A stretch of DNA of 60,842 nt, counting the filler. It is 6 parts of 6 records of this genome, joined end to end, with 100 filler letters (N's around TTAATTAATTAA, not from the genome) between each part and the next. Parts side by side here need not be neighbours in the genome. Positions count along the whole stretch, not along the records: positions 1 to 17,282 come from SRR31156797_18244; positions 17,383 to 23,995 come from SRR31156797_18255; 4 more parts are not named here. One strand, 5' to 3'. Within the stretch, counting starts at the first letter, position 1, and the number at the start of each line of letters is the position of its first letter. A program made the position numbers and the translations under genes. The notes below the pieces were generated by a model. It was not told the DNA's origin, did no database searches, and was given only the letters and a program-made list of their open reading frames with translations. Below, one piece after another: positions 10,644 through 21,665 of the stretch.

Positions 10644-11594
10644 GTGACATATACAAATGGAGTTGCATCATTGAGTTCAGAGACGAGTATAAAAGACTAC
10701 TTCCCGATGTTTGTAATGGCAGGCATCATACTTGTAGTACAGATCACAGCATTGCTTTTAGCAACGCCTATGGATGCTAATAACATGCAGGCCTTTGAAG
10801 ACCCGGATTCCACTTCAAATGCCATATATTACATTGGAGTTATCCTCGTATTCACATTCTTTCTGCTGATTGCTATTAAGAAAAAACTGGAATGGATAAT
10901 ACAACTCGTCATACTACTTGCAGTGGGAGCTACCATGTATTATGTATTCTTTGCTCTCCTGTCACTTTCCAGTGTATCGGCAACGACGAACAATACCATT
11001 TCCATGTTAACAGCAGCAGCACTTACAGTACTACTCTATAAATTCCCGGAATGGTATATCATCGATACCGTCGGACTGATAATCGGGGCGGGAGCCAGTT
11101 CAATCTTTGGAATATCCCTTTCAGTACTTCCGGTAGTTGTGCTTCTGCTATTGCTTGCCATATACGATGCAATATCCGTTTACAAAACAAAACATATGAT
11201 AGACCTGGCAGAAGGTGTAATGGATATGCGCCTCCCAATCCTCTTTGTAATTCCAAAGCATCTCAAATATTCATTTATAAAGGACTCCTTTGACAAGGAA
11301 GAAGGAGAAGAAAGAGAAGCTTTCTTTATGGGACTCGGAGATGCCATCATGCCAACTATACTGGTAGTATCAGCAAACGTATTCCTTGTACAGAAAGCAA
11401 CAGTAAGTTATATAGGGTTCATATCCTACCCGGCCCTTGGTGCAATGATCGGAACCATCATAGGGTTCATAGCACTCAGTATACTGGTAATGAAAGGAAA
11501 ACCACAGGCAGGACTCCCATTCCTCAACAGTGGTGTCATACTGGGATACATAATGGGCGTACTGGCCTCCGGGGCTGGAACTCCCTTCTACTGA
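10644..11594 (+). CDS. Presenilin-family (GXGD) intramembrane aspartyl protease
   Basis: AIYDAISV and MGLGD catalytic aspartates, PQAGLP motif, about 9 TM segments. Confidence 0.92.
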   Translation: MTYTNGVASLSSETSIKDYFPMFVMAGIILVVQITALLLATPMDANNMQAFEDPDSTSNAIYYIGVILVFTFFLLIAIKKKLEWIIQLVILLAVGATMYYVFFALLSLSSVSATTNNTISMLTAAALTVLLYKFPEWYIIDTVGLIIGAGASSIFGISLSVLPVVVLLLLLAIYDAISVYKTKHMIDLAEGVMDMRLPILFVIPKHLKYSFIKDSFDKEEGEEREAFFMGLGDAIMPTILVVSANVFLVQKATVSYIGFISYPALGAMIGTIIGFIALSILVMKGKPQAGLPFLNSGVILGYIMGVLASGAGTPFY

Positions 11595-11645
11595 CCCTTT
11601 TTAATTTCAAAATAGGGCCTTAATTAAAAGGCCTGACATTCTTTT

Positions 11646-12110
11646 TTAGTCTTCTTCAGGAAGCTGAGAATTGATATTACATATGGAACAATTAGAATCA
11701 GAAAGACAGGAATCCGACTCATCGAACTCTGTGTCCACAGCACGTGTACCTTCCGCAAGGACAGCTGAAGTTGATACGCTGCTTGCTATGAGGATGGAAT
11801 CAAATATCTCTTCCCTTGAGACACCAAGTCTTTTAGCCACCCTTACATGAGTCTTCATACAGTGCTCACAGCGCAGTGCCGATGCCACAGCTATACTAAT
11901 GAGTTCAACGGTCTTCGGATCCATGCGCTTAAACTCACGCATGATACTGTTCTCATAGATCATGCGTGATATGAAGATCTCAGGCATATCCTTCATGAAG
12001 TTAGTTATGTAAGGGATCTCACCATATCGCTTCTCAACGTCAGCCAGAATGTCTTCAACGGCCTCTTCCGGCTCCTTGTCAAGGATCTCTTTTATCTTTT
12101 CAATTTCCAT
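11646..12110 (-). CDS. CMD/AhpD family protein (CxxC) directly downstream of mmp7
   Basis: MDPKTVELISIAVASALRCEHCMKTH...GVSREEI; tail CLSDSNCSIC. Confidence 0.87.
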   Translation of the reverse strand: MEIEKIKEILDKEPEEAVEDILADVEKRYGEIPYITNFMKDMPEIFISRMIYENSIMREFKRMDPKTVELISIAVASALRCEHCMKTHVRVAKRLGVSREEIFDSILIASSVSTSAVLAEGTRAVDTEFDESDSCLSDSNCSICNINSQLPEED

Positions 12111-12141
12111 AATAACCCCATGTATGGTCTTTAACAGGACA

Positions 12142-13080
12142 TCAGGCTGTAAAGCCTACCTCAGATTCACGTTTGATCTTGATCAATATATAGTTTTTCA
12201 TTTTGGACTTTGTGATCGAAGCCATATCAGAGAGCTTTACACCCTCATCGAACTCAAGGTTCTCCACCCTTTCGTGGAATTCATCATATGGCAGTTTCAC
12301 ACGCATGCCGTCAAGCTGGAGCGTTACAGGAGCAGGTGAGTAAACATCGAATATCTCAGGTATCTGCTCATGGATCTCTTTCATGACCCTTGGAGGCAAC
12401 ACAGCTAGTGGGTCCTTTGCAAGGTCTTCGCGCATCTTCTCCACAACTTCAACTACCTTTTCCAGCAAGATATCAAGTGCACTCAGTTCACCAGGTTTTC
12501 TCATACGATGAGCGACCCTTCCAACACCGCCAACATAAAGATCTGCATTCTCCACTTCCTCGGTCTTCACGTCAAGGGGCCCCCCTGTAACAATCTTAGG
12601 AATAGTTACGCCTTCAAGGAGCTTTGGCTTCTTGTTCTTTATGCAATCACTAAAAGTACCGAAAGAGAAGACAGCAAGGTCATGCTCGTTGATCAGCTTC
12701 CTTTCATAGTTATCAGAAAGTGATACTCTTCGGCCCATACCCCTTGCAAGACCGATCATATTGGTATTGGAACCACCACGCCTCATAAACTCCGCCACAT
12801 CACATGCAGAGTGTGGCAGGTGGTGTGATGCAAGTGTAGGAGAAACAACAGCTATCTCAGTACCTGTAAGTGGTGCACGTTCAAGTTTTCCAAGTAGCTT
12901 TTTTCCAAGTTCCTCGATAAGATGGACATCCTCCCTTGGAATAAGCATGACAAGTGTGACCTCTGTGGCAGCAGGTACCTTCTGTATAAGGTAGCCTCCA
13001 AGATCCTCCAGAAGTTCGGTAATGAGAGTGTGCTGGTGTATACCACCCTCGTAGATATAGGGTTCCAGTATCGCTGCCAT
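12142..13080 (-). CDS. mmp7: Methanogenesis marker protein 7
   Basis: YEGG...EDLGGY, GTEIAVVSPTLASHHLPHSACD, NMIGLARG; position in marker cluster. Confidence 0.9.
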   Translation of the reverse strand: MAAILEPYIYEGGIHQHTLITELLEDLGGYLIQKVPAATEVTLVMLIPREDVHLIEELGKKLLGKLERAPLTGTEIAVVSPTLASHHLPHSACDVAEFMRRGGSNTNMIGLARGMGRRVSLSDNYERKLINEHDLAVFSFGTFSDCIKNKKPKLLEGVTIPKIVTGGPLDVKTEEVENADLYVGGVGRVAHRMRKPGELSALDILLEKVVEVVEKMREDLAKDPLAVLPPRVMKEIHEQIPEIFDVYSPAPVTLQLDGMRVKLPYDEFHERVENLEFDEGVKLSDMASITKSKMKNYILIKIKRESEVGFTA

Positions 13081-13676
13081 TATTCAACCTCCATTAGCTC
13101 TTCGGCAATATCCCGGGCTTCCTGTATCCATTCAGGTTTAAGGATATCCTCACTGGCTGCGAACACGAATCTATGACCATCCAGTGAATGGTAGCGTACC
13201 CTGAAGCCTTCCGGAGTTGCTCTTATAGCCAGCTCCACCAATCTTGACTGAAGGGTTTTTTGAGGATCTGCGACAACCAGATTTCGCAGTTCTTCCACAT
13301 CGCTATCCAGATCCTCCACTGTCATGATAAGGGTCTTCCTTTCCGGCTGCCGTACACCTGCGCGTCCGTATTTTGCCCATAGTTGTTCAAGTAGTTCAGG
13401 CAGGTATTTTTCCTGTTCTATTGCGATAGTGATCTCTTTTGTGATCTGGTTGGTAATATCAACACTACCCATATCAGCTACTTTCACCATTGGCTGGCTG
13501 CCCCTCAGGACAACAGCCATAAGGAAAAGGGACTCTTCGGGCCTGACTCTGGCCTTTATCCTGCCTATGGCACCGCCAAGTACCAGTTCTGTGATGATAT
13601 CAGCGACTATGCTCTTGTAAGCATCTGCTTCTGACTGGACAGGGGACTCTACAATGAAAGTCTCAAGGGCATCCAT
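13080..13676 (-). CDS. mmp17: Methanogenesis marker protein 17
   Basis: LWAKYGR...QPER, RATPEGFRVR; between mmp15 and mmp7; start ATG 13676. Confidence 0.87.
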   Translation of the reverse strand: MDALETFIVESPVQSEADAYKSIVADIITELVLGGAIGRIKARVRPEESLFLMAVVLRGSQPMVKVADMGSVDITNQITKEITIAIEQEKYLPELLEQLWAKYGRAGVRQPERKTLIMTVEDLDSDVEELRNLVVADPQKTLQSRLVELAIRATPEGFRVRYHSLDGHRFVFAASEDILKPEWIQEARDIAEELMEVE

Positions 13677-13680
13677 AGAA

Positions 13681-14922
13681 TTACTCCTCCACATATCCTG
13701 ATGACAGTAAAGCACTTCCTACTGCACCAATGAGGTGGGAGTTAGGTGGTACGAGAACATTGATCTTGAGCAGTTCACCAAGGGCCTTTGGCACACCTTC
13801 GATAAGTGAGGAACCGCCAACAAGGATCAGTGGTTCCTTCACATCGACCTCCTGAAGCTGCTGTTCGAATATCTGCTCTACGACACTGTGACATGCAGCA
13901 GCAGCAACATCCTCCGGTGTTGAGCCCTTTGCAAGTGAGTTGACAAGTGACTGGATACCGAAAACAATACAGTAACTGTTCATATCCACATTCTGTTCCA
14001 TACCTTTAACAGCGAGGGCACCAAGCTCTGTGATATCTACACCAAGCCTCTTTGCGGTCATGTCAAGGAAACGACCTGATGCACCTGCACAGATACCGCC
14101 CATTGTGAACAAGCCAGGAATTCCGTCATCGACTGATATCGCCTTGTTGTCCATCCCACCGATATCGATAACTGTAGCATGTCCCTTCTGGGAATCAGCA
14201 AGATATACAGCACCCTTGGAGTTCACAGTGATCTCTTCCTGGATGAGTTTGGCATCGAAGTGTTCACCGATCAGGAAACGACCGTATCCGGTTGTACCAA
14301 TAGCCTGAATATCTTCCTGCTTGACACCAGCCTCCTCAAGAGCCTGGTTAAAAGCCTCTGTTGCACTGTCGATCACCTTGATAGTCGGAACCCAGCCAGA
14401 ACCTATGATCTCGTTATCCCTCATGACAACTGCCTTTGTGGTTGTGGAACCGGAATCGATACCTGCAGTAAGCCCGCTCTGTTTTTCCCTTGCGAGCAGG
14501 TGCCTGCGCCTTGCAATAGTTGTAAGAGCTTCCATACGGGTCAGCAGGGTAGCTGCCGTAGTACGTTCTGTAAATGAATAACTGATAACTGGAAGTTCAG
14601 AATGTTTGTTGATGTAACGACGAACCTCATTTCTGACAATGGCAGCCTCGGCACATCTGAAGCATGAGGTGATGAATACACCATCAACATCTGTGAGCCC
14701 TTCTACAACGGACTTTGCCCTTGCCATCATGAGACGAAGGTCAGGACTTGCAGCCTCGATACCAAAGTCCTTGCCAATGTCATCAAGTATATTAATCTCT
14801 ACCTCAGGATACACCAGTTTTGCGTTAACGCTCGCTGCAACTGATTCAAGCTCACCGTGGACACCCGCGTATTCGGAACCACATGATACGAGAGCAACCT
14901 TTACAACAGCTTCTTCCTTCAT
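13681..14922 (-). CDS. mmp15: Methanogenesis marker protein 15 (BadF/BadG-type ATPase activator)
   Basis: [52 protein letters not shown]. Confidence 0.92.
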   Translation of the reverse strand: MKEEAVVKVALVSCGSEYAGVHGELESVAASVNAKLVYPEVEINILDDIGKDFGIEAASPDLRLMMARAKSVVEGLTDVDGVFITSCFRCAEAAIVRNEVRRYINKHSELPVISYSFTERTTAATLLTRMEALTTIARRRHLLAREKQSGLTAGIDSGSTTTKAVVMRDNEIIGSGWVPTIKVIDSATEAFNQALEEAGVKQEDIQAIGTTGYGRFLIGEHFDAKLIQEEITVNSKGAVYLADSQKGHATVIDIGGMDNKAISVDDGIPGLFTMGGICAGASGRFLDMTAKRLGVDITELGALAVKGMEQNVDMNSYCIVFGIQSLVNSLAKGSTPEDVAAAACHSVVEQIFEQQLQEVDVKEPLILVGGSSLIEGVPKALGELLKINVLVPPNSHLIGAVGSALLSSGYVEE

Positions 14923-15380
14923 TCTTCATCCTCCGCGGCAGTCTCAGGCAATGACTTCAAAAACTCTGCGATGGTGTAGACGAATTCCTGCCCTTCATCG
15001 TCAGATTCCGGGAAGTTCAGCTCAAGGAGAGGCATATCGCGGCTTCTTATGAGATACTTTGTAAGCTCGTTGGTACGCGCACAGCCCATGCAACCGAATG
15101 CCATTGGTGATTCACCTACAATGATGCCGGCCTCTGCCTCATCTATCATCGGACCCACCAGGGCCATCCTTCCTCTGACACCTGCCGGAACTTCAACCGC
15201 CGCATATTTGAGACCATGTTTTGGCTCCTCTGCAGTGATATTCATAGGTGGTGAATCAACACCAACAGTAGTGACCTTTTCCTTTATCTTCTCCATCATT
15301 GCTATAGGTGTGTGACCGAACCTCTGGACCAGGTCAGAAAGGATCAGACTGTTTGTAGGGTATATGATAACTTTTGCCAT
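14919..15380 (-). CDS. mmp5: Methanogenesis marker protein 5
   Basis: [46 protein letters not shown]. Confidence 0.9.
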   Translation of the reverse strand: MAKVIIYPTNSLILSDLVQRFGHTPIAMMEKIKEKVTTVGVDSPPMNITAEEPKHGLKYAAVEVPAGVRGRMALVGPMIDEAEAGIIVGESPMAFGCMGCARTNELTKYLIRSRDMPLLELNFPESDDEGQEFVYTIAEFLKSLPETAAEDEE

Positions 15381-15389
15381 TGTATTGCC

Positions 15390-15830
15390 TCATACGGTGG
15401 ATTCTATCAGATCCTGAAGCTCTTTTACTTCAAGTTTTTTCTTGTGTTCTGTTTCCTTGAGAGGAACATGCTGGTCGTACTTATCAAGAGCATTGCCGAT
15501 CATGGGAAGCATCATTGCCTCTTCCTTGAGGAAATAAAAGCCAGGTCGTGAACCTCCTCCACGGGAAGCACGACAGCGCCTGTCATCTCCGGGAGGGAAT
15601 CCTCGTTCTTTTACAAATATATGGTTCCTGTCCAGATCGACTATCTCTTTAACCACTTTATTCACAGATCCCCTTGGACCTGTTACCATGGTTCCAAAAC
15701 ATGTTTCCTTAATAACTATATCAGTACTGGATTCGTATATCTTCATGGCAGCATCGATAGGTAGCACACTATCGGAGCTTGTTACAACAAGTTTTGTTAT
15801 GACATCCTCTTTGTCATCGGCCATCTTCAT
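15390..15830 (-). CDS. mmp6: Methanogenesis marker protein 6
   Basis: IKETCFG, IFVKERGFPPGDDRRCRA.RGGG.RPGF. Confidence 0.9.
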   Translation of the reverse strand: MKMADDKEDVITKLVVTSSDSVLPIDAAMKIYESSTDIVIKETCFGTMVTGPRGSVNKVVKEIVDLDRNHIFVKERGFPPGDDRRCRASRGGGSRPGFYFLKEEAMMLPMIGNALDKYDQHVPLKETEHKKKLEVKELQDLIESTV

Positions 15831-17281
15831 TCCTCCCTGCTGCGTTCCAGAATATACATTATATCATTGTCCTTGAAATGCTTGAGTTTCTCAATATCAA
15901 GTATCTTCCCTATGATATTGGTATTTGCAAACTTCTCACCCGTAGGTCCGAAAAGATCATCATCTGTTGTCTTTACACCCACCATACCTGCTCTCTTTGC
16001 GGCCTGGTTGGTAACACCTATTTCACCTGCTACGGTCATTTTCGGAGAGTTCTCAGGGAAGATCTCCTTGTAGGATTCTGCCGGTTTCTCAGACTTGAAG
16101 ATATAAGTGTTCTCATAGGTCATCATCACAGGAAGCACGCCCACAGGATTATACTGAAGACCCACAGCGTGCCTGAAGAAATCAAGAGTCTTTGGAGCAA
16201 GACTGTCATAAAGCTCAATTTCCACAAGCATCTCAGGGTTTACTCCCTGAATCGTGACCTTCTTCTCCTGCAGGATTTCTATGGTCGTTGAAGGAGATTG
16301 CTTGACTATGAAACCATCGTCCTCCGTGTATCCTTCCCTGATTACTTCGATGCCTTCAGACCTCATTATCTCTTCAGCTTCACTGTTGGTCATTCCAAGA
16401 AGCATGATCTGATCAGGAACGGATTCCACCATGATTTTCTGTCCGTTCTCCGCCATCCTGGCAAGTTCAATACCCTTTACCACATGGCCTATGACAGAAT
16501 GCATGATAGATGATGTACGGTCATCCGTTGATATGTACAACTTACCGGCACCATAACCCACGGTCCTCACAAAGACAGAACCTGTTGAACGTGATTCGAA
16601 GTTCTCGTAGGTGACAAGCTCACCCTGGAACCTGTGATCAGATATGAAAGATGTTGAACCGAAGTCCACGTGAAAAGTGCCATCCCTTGTGACTGAAAAG
16701 AAGAACTCTGCACCTTCGGGAGCAAGAGGGTCGATCTCTATCTCCGCGTAGGTGAAGATCTTAGAACCGTCCTCAAGCTTAAAAGAGATATCTGTGGTCG
16801 ATATATGTTCGCCTGCCTTTTCCCACTCGACAACAGGTTCCACAGATAATATTCTGTCACCTTTTACAAGTTCAGGAAGGACATGTTTGCTGCTAATGAG
16901 CCTTGCGAACACTCCGTCATCAGGTGCTCCATACTCAGAGGCATGTTTTGCTTTACTGATGATGATATGAGTATTGGCAGCATCGCCACCACCTGCACCA
17001 AAGAGCAGGGTGAACCTTTCCATATCTGTGCTTCCACGGACTGGTTCCATGTCTGTAGGAAACGGGCCAAAGGCCAGTGCATCCCTGCTTGTCCAGCGGA
17101 CCGGTAGGTCATTGAGTTCATTAAAAAAAGATACCCATCTCTTAGAGGATGGGGAGGATTCGTCCAGCAGTTCGATCCTGAACTCACCTTTGGAGGTATT
17201 CACGACGTATTCCACAGAAGCCTGTGACTTCGTGTCTTCCCTCTCAATGAGTATTCCGACTGCTGTTCCCTTCTTATAAGG
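15827..17281 (-). CDS. mmp3: Methanogenesis marker protein 3 (cyclophilin-like), 5'-truncated at contig end
   Basis: Frame open to the spacer (PYKKGTAVG...); APKTLDFFR, GVTNQA, FGPTGEKFANTNIIG. Confidence 0.9.
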   Translation of the reverse strand, partial: PYKKGTAVGILIEREDTKSQASVEYVVNTSKGEFRIELLDESSPSSKRWVSFFNELNDLPVRWTSRDALAFGPFPTDMEPVRGSTDMERFTLLFGAGGGDAANTHIIISKAKHASEYGAPDDGVFARLISSKHVLPELVKGDRILSVEPVVEWEKAGEHISTTDISFKLEDGSKIFTYAEIEIDPLAPEGAEFFFSVTRDGTFHVDFGSTSFISDHRFQGELVTYENFESRSTGSVFVRTVGYGAGKLYISTDDRTSSIMHSVIGHVVKGIELARMAENGQKIMVESVPDQIMLLGMTNSEAEEIMRSEGIEVIREGYTEDDGFIVKQSPSTTIEILQEKKVTIQGVNPEMLVEIELYDSLAPKTLDFFRHAVGLQYNPVGVLPVMMTYENTYIFKSEKPAESYKEIFPENSPKMTVAGEIGVTNQAAKRAGMVGVKTTDDDLFGPTGEKFANTNIIGKILDIEKLKHFKDNDIMYILERSREE

Positions 17282-17282
17282 T

Positions 17283-17382
17283 NNNNNNNNNNNNNNNNNN
17301 NNNNNNNNNNNNNNNNNNNNNNNNNNTTAATTAATTAANNNNNNNNNNNNNNNNNNNNNNNNNNNNNNNNNNNNNNNNNNNN
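17283..17382. other. Artificial contig spacer
   Basis: N44-TTAATTAATTAA-N44 (stops in all six frames). Confidence 0.99.
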
Positions 17383-17876
17383 AGGACAGATTCTACTATC
17401 TTGTCAACAACATCTTCTACTTTGTCTTTCCTGCCAACCCCTATCATATGATCTGCAAATGATCTGTAAAGTACAGTCCGTTCCTCATACAGGCCATGCA
17501 ATCCCTTTTCCTTGAGCCCCACTACACCCCTTGTCGGAAGATTGGATAATCGAGACACAATTGTCCCGAAAGGAACATCAAGATAAATTATTACCGATCT
17601 TTCTTTGAAGAACTGCATTGCCTTTTCAGAATAAACCACACTGCCACCGGTTGCAATGACACAGTTATCATTCAAGTCAAGTCCAAGTATGCTCTGCTCT
17701 TCAGCCCTGACAAGGGCCATGTCACCCAGATCATTAACAATGTTCTGCAGTCCTGTGCCTGAGCCATCGATCACAAGTTTATCTGTGTCAATGAACTCAT
17801 AATCCAGCAGAGATGCAAGTTTCTGTCCGGCAGAACTCTTGCCTGCCCCTGGCATACCTATCAGAGTAATTATCAT
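17383..17876 (-). CDS. aroK: Shikimate kinase, bacterial (NMP-kinase) type, 3'-truncated
   Basis: LIGMPGAGKS P-loop, IDTD, VIATGGSVVY, LYEER. Confidence 0.88.
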
Positions 17877-17925
17877 GCGATACTTTCTCCCGACGTATTA
17901 TATTGGTGCAATTGTTCACTCCTTA

Positions 17926-19296
17926 TTAGTTAGTAAGGGACTGTATCGGAGCAGGTATTCTTCCACCCCTTGAGATAAACTGCTCAGAGCTGAAATCATG
18001 CACTGGCATCACCGGCGCACTTCCAAGGAGACCACCGAACTCTATCATATCACCAACTCTGGTTCCGGGTGCAGGAATAACCCGTACAGCGGTCGTCTTT
18101 TTGTTGATCATACCTATTGCCATCTCATCTGCAATTATGGCAGAGATCGTTGAGGACGGAGTGTTACCTGGAACAGCAATCATGTCAAGACCCACTGAAC
18201 ACACACTTGTCATTGCCTCAAGTTTGTCCAGTGAAAGAGAACCTCTCTGTACGGCCTTTATCATCCCCTCATCCTCACTAACAGGAATGAACGCACCGCT
18301 CAATCCCCCTACTGAAGATGAAGCCATTGCCCCTCCTTTCTTGACTGCATCATTGAGTAAAGCAAGTGCAGCAGTCGTGCCATGAGTACCACAACTTTCC
18401 AGGCCCATGGCCTCAAGTATAGCAGCAACACTATCGCCTATGGCAGGTGTTGGTGCAAGTGAGAGGTCAAGCACTCCAAACTGTGCATGAAGCCTGCGCG
18501 CAACTTCCTTACCAGCCATCTCACCTGTTCTTGTAATCTTGAATGCTGTCTTTTTTATGCATTCGGAAATGTCACCCAAGGTTGGTTCTTTGAGTGCACG
18601 TACCGCAGAGTTGACAACACCGGGTCCGCTCACACCTACATTGATGACACAATCTGGTTCCCCTATTCCATGAAAAGCACCTGCCATGAATGGATTGTCT
18701 TCGGGAGCATTGGCAAATACAACAAGTTTAGCGCAACCGATACCCGAATTATCCTTTGTCATCTCAGCAGTCTCTTTGATAACTTTGCCCATCAAAGCAA
18801 CAGCGTCCATGTTGATACCAGCTTTAGTGGTTGCCACATTAACAGATGAACAGACCTTTTGTGTACTTGCAAGGGCTCGTGGAATCGAGTTAATTAATTT
18901 GAGGTCTCCCGGAGTCATTCCTTTTTGGACAAGGGCACTGAAACCTCCGATAAAATCCACACCGGCATCACCGGCAGCCCGGTCAAGAGTCTGTGCAACT
19001 GAGCTAAGGTCCGTAGCATCACAACTCTCGGCAACAATGGCAATTGGAGTAACTGATATTCTCTTGTTGATGATTGGAATGCCGTAGAGATTCTGTATAT
19101 CATTTGTAGTCTTTACAAGGTCCTTAGCGTAATACATGATCCTGTCGTAGACATTCTCATTAAAGGTGTCTATATCAGGATGACTACACCCTCGCAGGCT
19201 AATCCCCATGGTGACGGTTCTTATATCGAGGTTCTCATTGCTCACCATGTTGATAGTTTCCAGGATCTCTTCAGGATGGATCATCATAAACAACAC
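17926..19296 (-). CDS. DUF711/UPF0210 PFL-like family protein
   Basis: [54 protein letters not shown]. Confidence 0.92.
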   Translation of the reverse strand: MLFMMIHPEEILETINMVSNENLDIRTVTMGISLRGCSHPDIDTFNENVYDRIMYYAKDLVKTTNDIQNLYGIPIINKRISVTPIAIVAESCDATDLSSVAQTLDRAAGDAGVDFIGGFSALVQKGMTPGDLKLINSIPRALASTQKVCSSVNVATTKAGINMDAVALMGKVIKETAEMTKDNSGIGCAKLVVFANAPEDNPFMAGAFHGIGEPDCVINVGVSGPGVVNSAVRALKEPTLGDISECIKKTAFKITRTGEMAGKEVARRLHAQFGVLDLSLAPTPAIGDSVAAILEAMGLESCGTHGTTAALALLNDAVKKGGAMASSSVGGLSGAFIPVSEDEGMIKAVQRGSLSLDKLEAMTSVCSVGLDMIAVPGNTPSSTISAIIADEMAIGMINKKTTAVRVIPAPGTRVGDMIEFGGLLGSAPVMPVHDFSSEQFISRGGRIPAPIQSLTN

Positions 19297-19297
19297 C

Positions 19298-19576
19298 TCA
19301 TATCCTGTGCATGAAGCGGAACATGTCTTCGTGCTGGACCTTTACATCAACACCCAGCTCTGAGCCTTTTTCAGACATAGCCTGCTGGAAAGCTGAAAGG
19401 TCAAAACTCACATCTTTCACCTGTGCGAGCATCACCATGGTGAACAGATCATCCATGATTGTCTGACTGATGTCTACAATGTTAACATTGTACTGTGCCA
19501 TTGTCTGCGTTATTCCCGCAACTATGCCTACTTTATCGATACCTATAACAGTGATTATGAAACGACTGGATGACAT
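19298..19576 (-). CDS. ACT-domain protein (UPF0237), partner of DUF711
   Basis: [13 protein letters not shown]...NIVDISQTI...[12 protein letters not shown]; start ATG 19576. Confidence 0.92.
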   Translation of the reverse strand: MSSSRFIITVIGIDKVGIVAGITQTMAQYNVNIVDISQTIMDDLFTMVMLAQVKDVSFDLSAFQQAMSEKGSELGVDVKVQHEDMFRFMHRI

Positions 19577-20002
19577 GAATATTCCTTCATTGATTTGTTT
19601 TAAGTGACTGGTTGGTAGCATAATAGATTGGATGCTATTTTGACCTGCCGATGCACACATTGTGAAAAAGATACATATAAAAAGCGCGCTGAATTAAAAG
19701 ACATTTACCATGGACAGACACTTCCTGAATAGGAAGAAGACAAAAATAATTGCGAAGAACTTAGTAAATAGAAAATTATTGTTGCCACATCAATGAACAT
19801 GAACATATTAAGATAAATAATCATATAATATTCCCATACAGAATATATTGATGGAAATATATATTAAGCTGAGTAAAAGTCAGATTTATAAGAAACCCTG
19901 AACAACAAAATGCAATAAAGTTTATATAGAATTTTCATTATGATTATTATGATGATGGTTTGAACGGCTAAGTTCAGATGATTCAAACAATCAGGAGATA
20001 CA

Positions 20003-20209
20003 ATGGTTAAAATTGTACATGCACAAACTGTACTCACGGAAGATGAACTTGCGGCTTTAAAGAAGAAATGTAATGAGTCGTCAACTAAAGAAGCCCTGAG
20101 CATGGCAGTGCAACATTATCTCGAGTGCGAGTATACCGACCTCGACGATAAAATGTGGACCAAGAAACTTGAAAAAGTGGTCCAGAAAAAAAAGCAAAAG
20201 AAAGTTTAA
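20003..20209 (+). CDS. Small ribbon-helix-helix-like protein (DUF5371-like)
   Basis: Beta-strand IVHAQTV plus two helices; RBS AGGAG; upstream of pilin. Confidence 0.65.
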   Translation: MVKIVHAQTVLTEDELAALKKKCNESSTKEALSMAVQHYLECEYTDLDDKMWTKKLEKVVQKKKQKKV

Positions 20210-20235
20210 TTCTTTTGGACAAGAGAGGAACAACT

Positions 20236-20745
20236 ATGAGTAAAGCAAACCAATTCCTTAAGGGAGAGGATGCAGTATCCCCGGTCATTGGAGTAATCTT
20301 AATGGTCGCAATCACTGTTATCCTTGCTGCAGTTATCGCAGCATTCGTATTCGGCATGGGACCACCAGAACAGGCACCACAGGCAAGTCTTAGAGCAAGT
20401 TCAACAGATGTAGGCGATAATACTACAATAAAGCTTGAGCATCAAGGCGGAGACCAGATTATACTTAGTTCAGCTAACACCAAAGTTACCATATCAGGAA
20501 ACTCCACAACAGAGGGAACTGTAGAATATGTAAGTGATCTATCCGATGCTGACACACAATTTGATGCAGGAGAGACAATGTATATATTTTATGATAGTTC
20601 CAATGATGTTGCATACATAGGAAACAGCACACTTTCAAGTGATGCTGATGACTCTGCAATCGGTGTTTCAGGCGAAACAATCAACCTCAAGATGATTGAT
20701 GTCACAAGTCAGCAACTGATTGGCGACATGAATATCAGGTTCTAA
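20236..20745 (+). CDS. Archaeal type IV pilin (DUF1628 N-terminus)
   Basis: Class III signal peptide EDA|VSPVIGVILMVAITVILAAVIAAFVFG; HQGGD motif. Confidence 0.92.
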   Translation: MSKANQFLKGEDAVSPVIGVILMVAITVILAAVIAAFVFGMGPPEQAPQASLRASSTDVGDNTTIKLEHQGGDQIILSSANTKVTISGNSTTEGTVEYVSDLSDADTQFDAGETMYIFYDSSNDVAYIGNSTLSSDADDSAIGVSGETINLKMIDVTSQQLIGDMNIRF

Positions 20746-20757
20746 ATTCAAACTTAA

Positions 20758-20784
20758 ATGACGCTTAATGCGTCATCTTTTTTT
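20758..20784 (+). terminator. Hairpin plus T-tract after pilin
   Basis: ATGACGC-ttaat-GCGTCAT-C-TTTTTTT. Confidence 0.6.
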
Positions 20785-21152
20785 CTTTATGATGTAGCTT
20801 AGTTAACTTCTAAACTTTTAATTTAAATATGATAAAACATATTAAATAAAAGTTACTAAATTAAATGGATTTATTTTCATATTGTGATTTCTAATTAAAT
20901 GGCCTCTTTTTCTAATAGCGTTTTTTTAGATAAGTATATATACTATCCAGTTCCACACACTCTTGTAAATATTTATACTCTGGATGTGGTATGTTGGAGT
21001 ACGGATTTCTGGATAATCTCAATATCCTGAAGGATAAGCAGGAAGAATTCACTGCTGGTATTTTAGGCGTATTTGATTCTTATTTCATGACCTACTACAC
21101 CTGTTGCATCCGGTACGATAAGGGACATATAGATAATTATAGGAGAGATATT

Positions 21153-21503
21153 ATGAGTGAAACAAAATTAGGTCTAAGTGAAAATATAGTTGGATTATTA
21201 GCCTACATACTTGGCTGGATTTCCGGCATCATTTTGCTTCTTATTGAGAAAGAGAACAAATTTGTGCGCTTCCATGCAGCTCAGTCCACGGTTTTATACC
21301 TTGGCCTGTTTGTTTTTAATATTGTTATTGGATTTCTCACAGGTATTGATTATATAGGATTCCTATTTGCATTAATATCAATGCTCATATCATTACTTTC
21401 GTTAGTACTATGGTTATTCCTTATGTTTAAAGCATATAAGGGTGAAATGTACAGACTGCCTGTGATTGCAGAATATGCTGACCAGCTGGAACAGAAATTC
21501 TAA
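21153..21503 (+). CDS. DUF4870-like three-TM membrane protein, copy 1
   Basis: GLSENIVGLLAY, EKENKFVRFHAAQS, KAYKGEMYRLP; RBS AGGAG, start 21153. Confidence 0.82.
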   Translation: MSETKLGLSENIVGLLAYILGWISGIILLLIEKENKFVRFHAAQSTVLYLGLFVFNIVIGFLTGIDYIGFLFALISMLISLLSLVLWLFLMFKAYKGEMYRLPVIAEYADQLEQKF

Positions 21504-21665
21504 GGAAATCAAGTATATCCAAACAAGAGAATGAAAATGTTTGTTGACCGATTTGGTCACAAACATCCATTTATATTTATTAAGATTTGCATATATGGTG
21601 CATAAATACAATGTATCTTTGCTACGCACATATTAATTATATTGAGATTAACAAGGAGAGGCATT

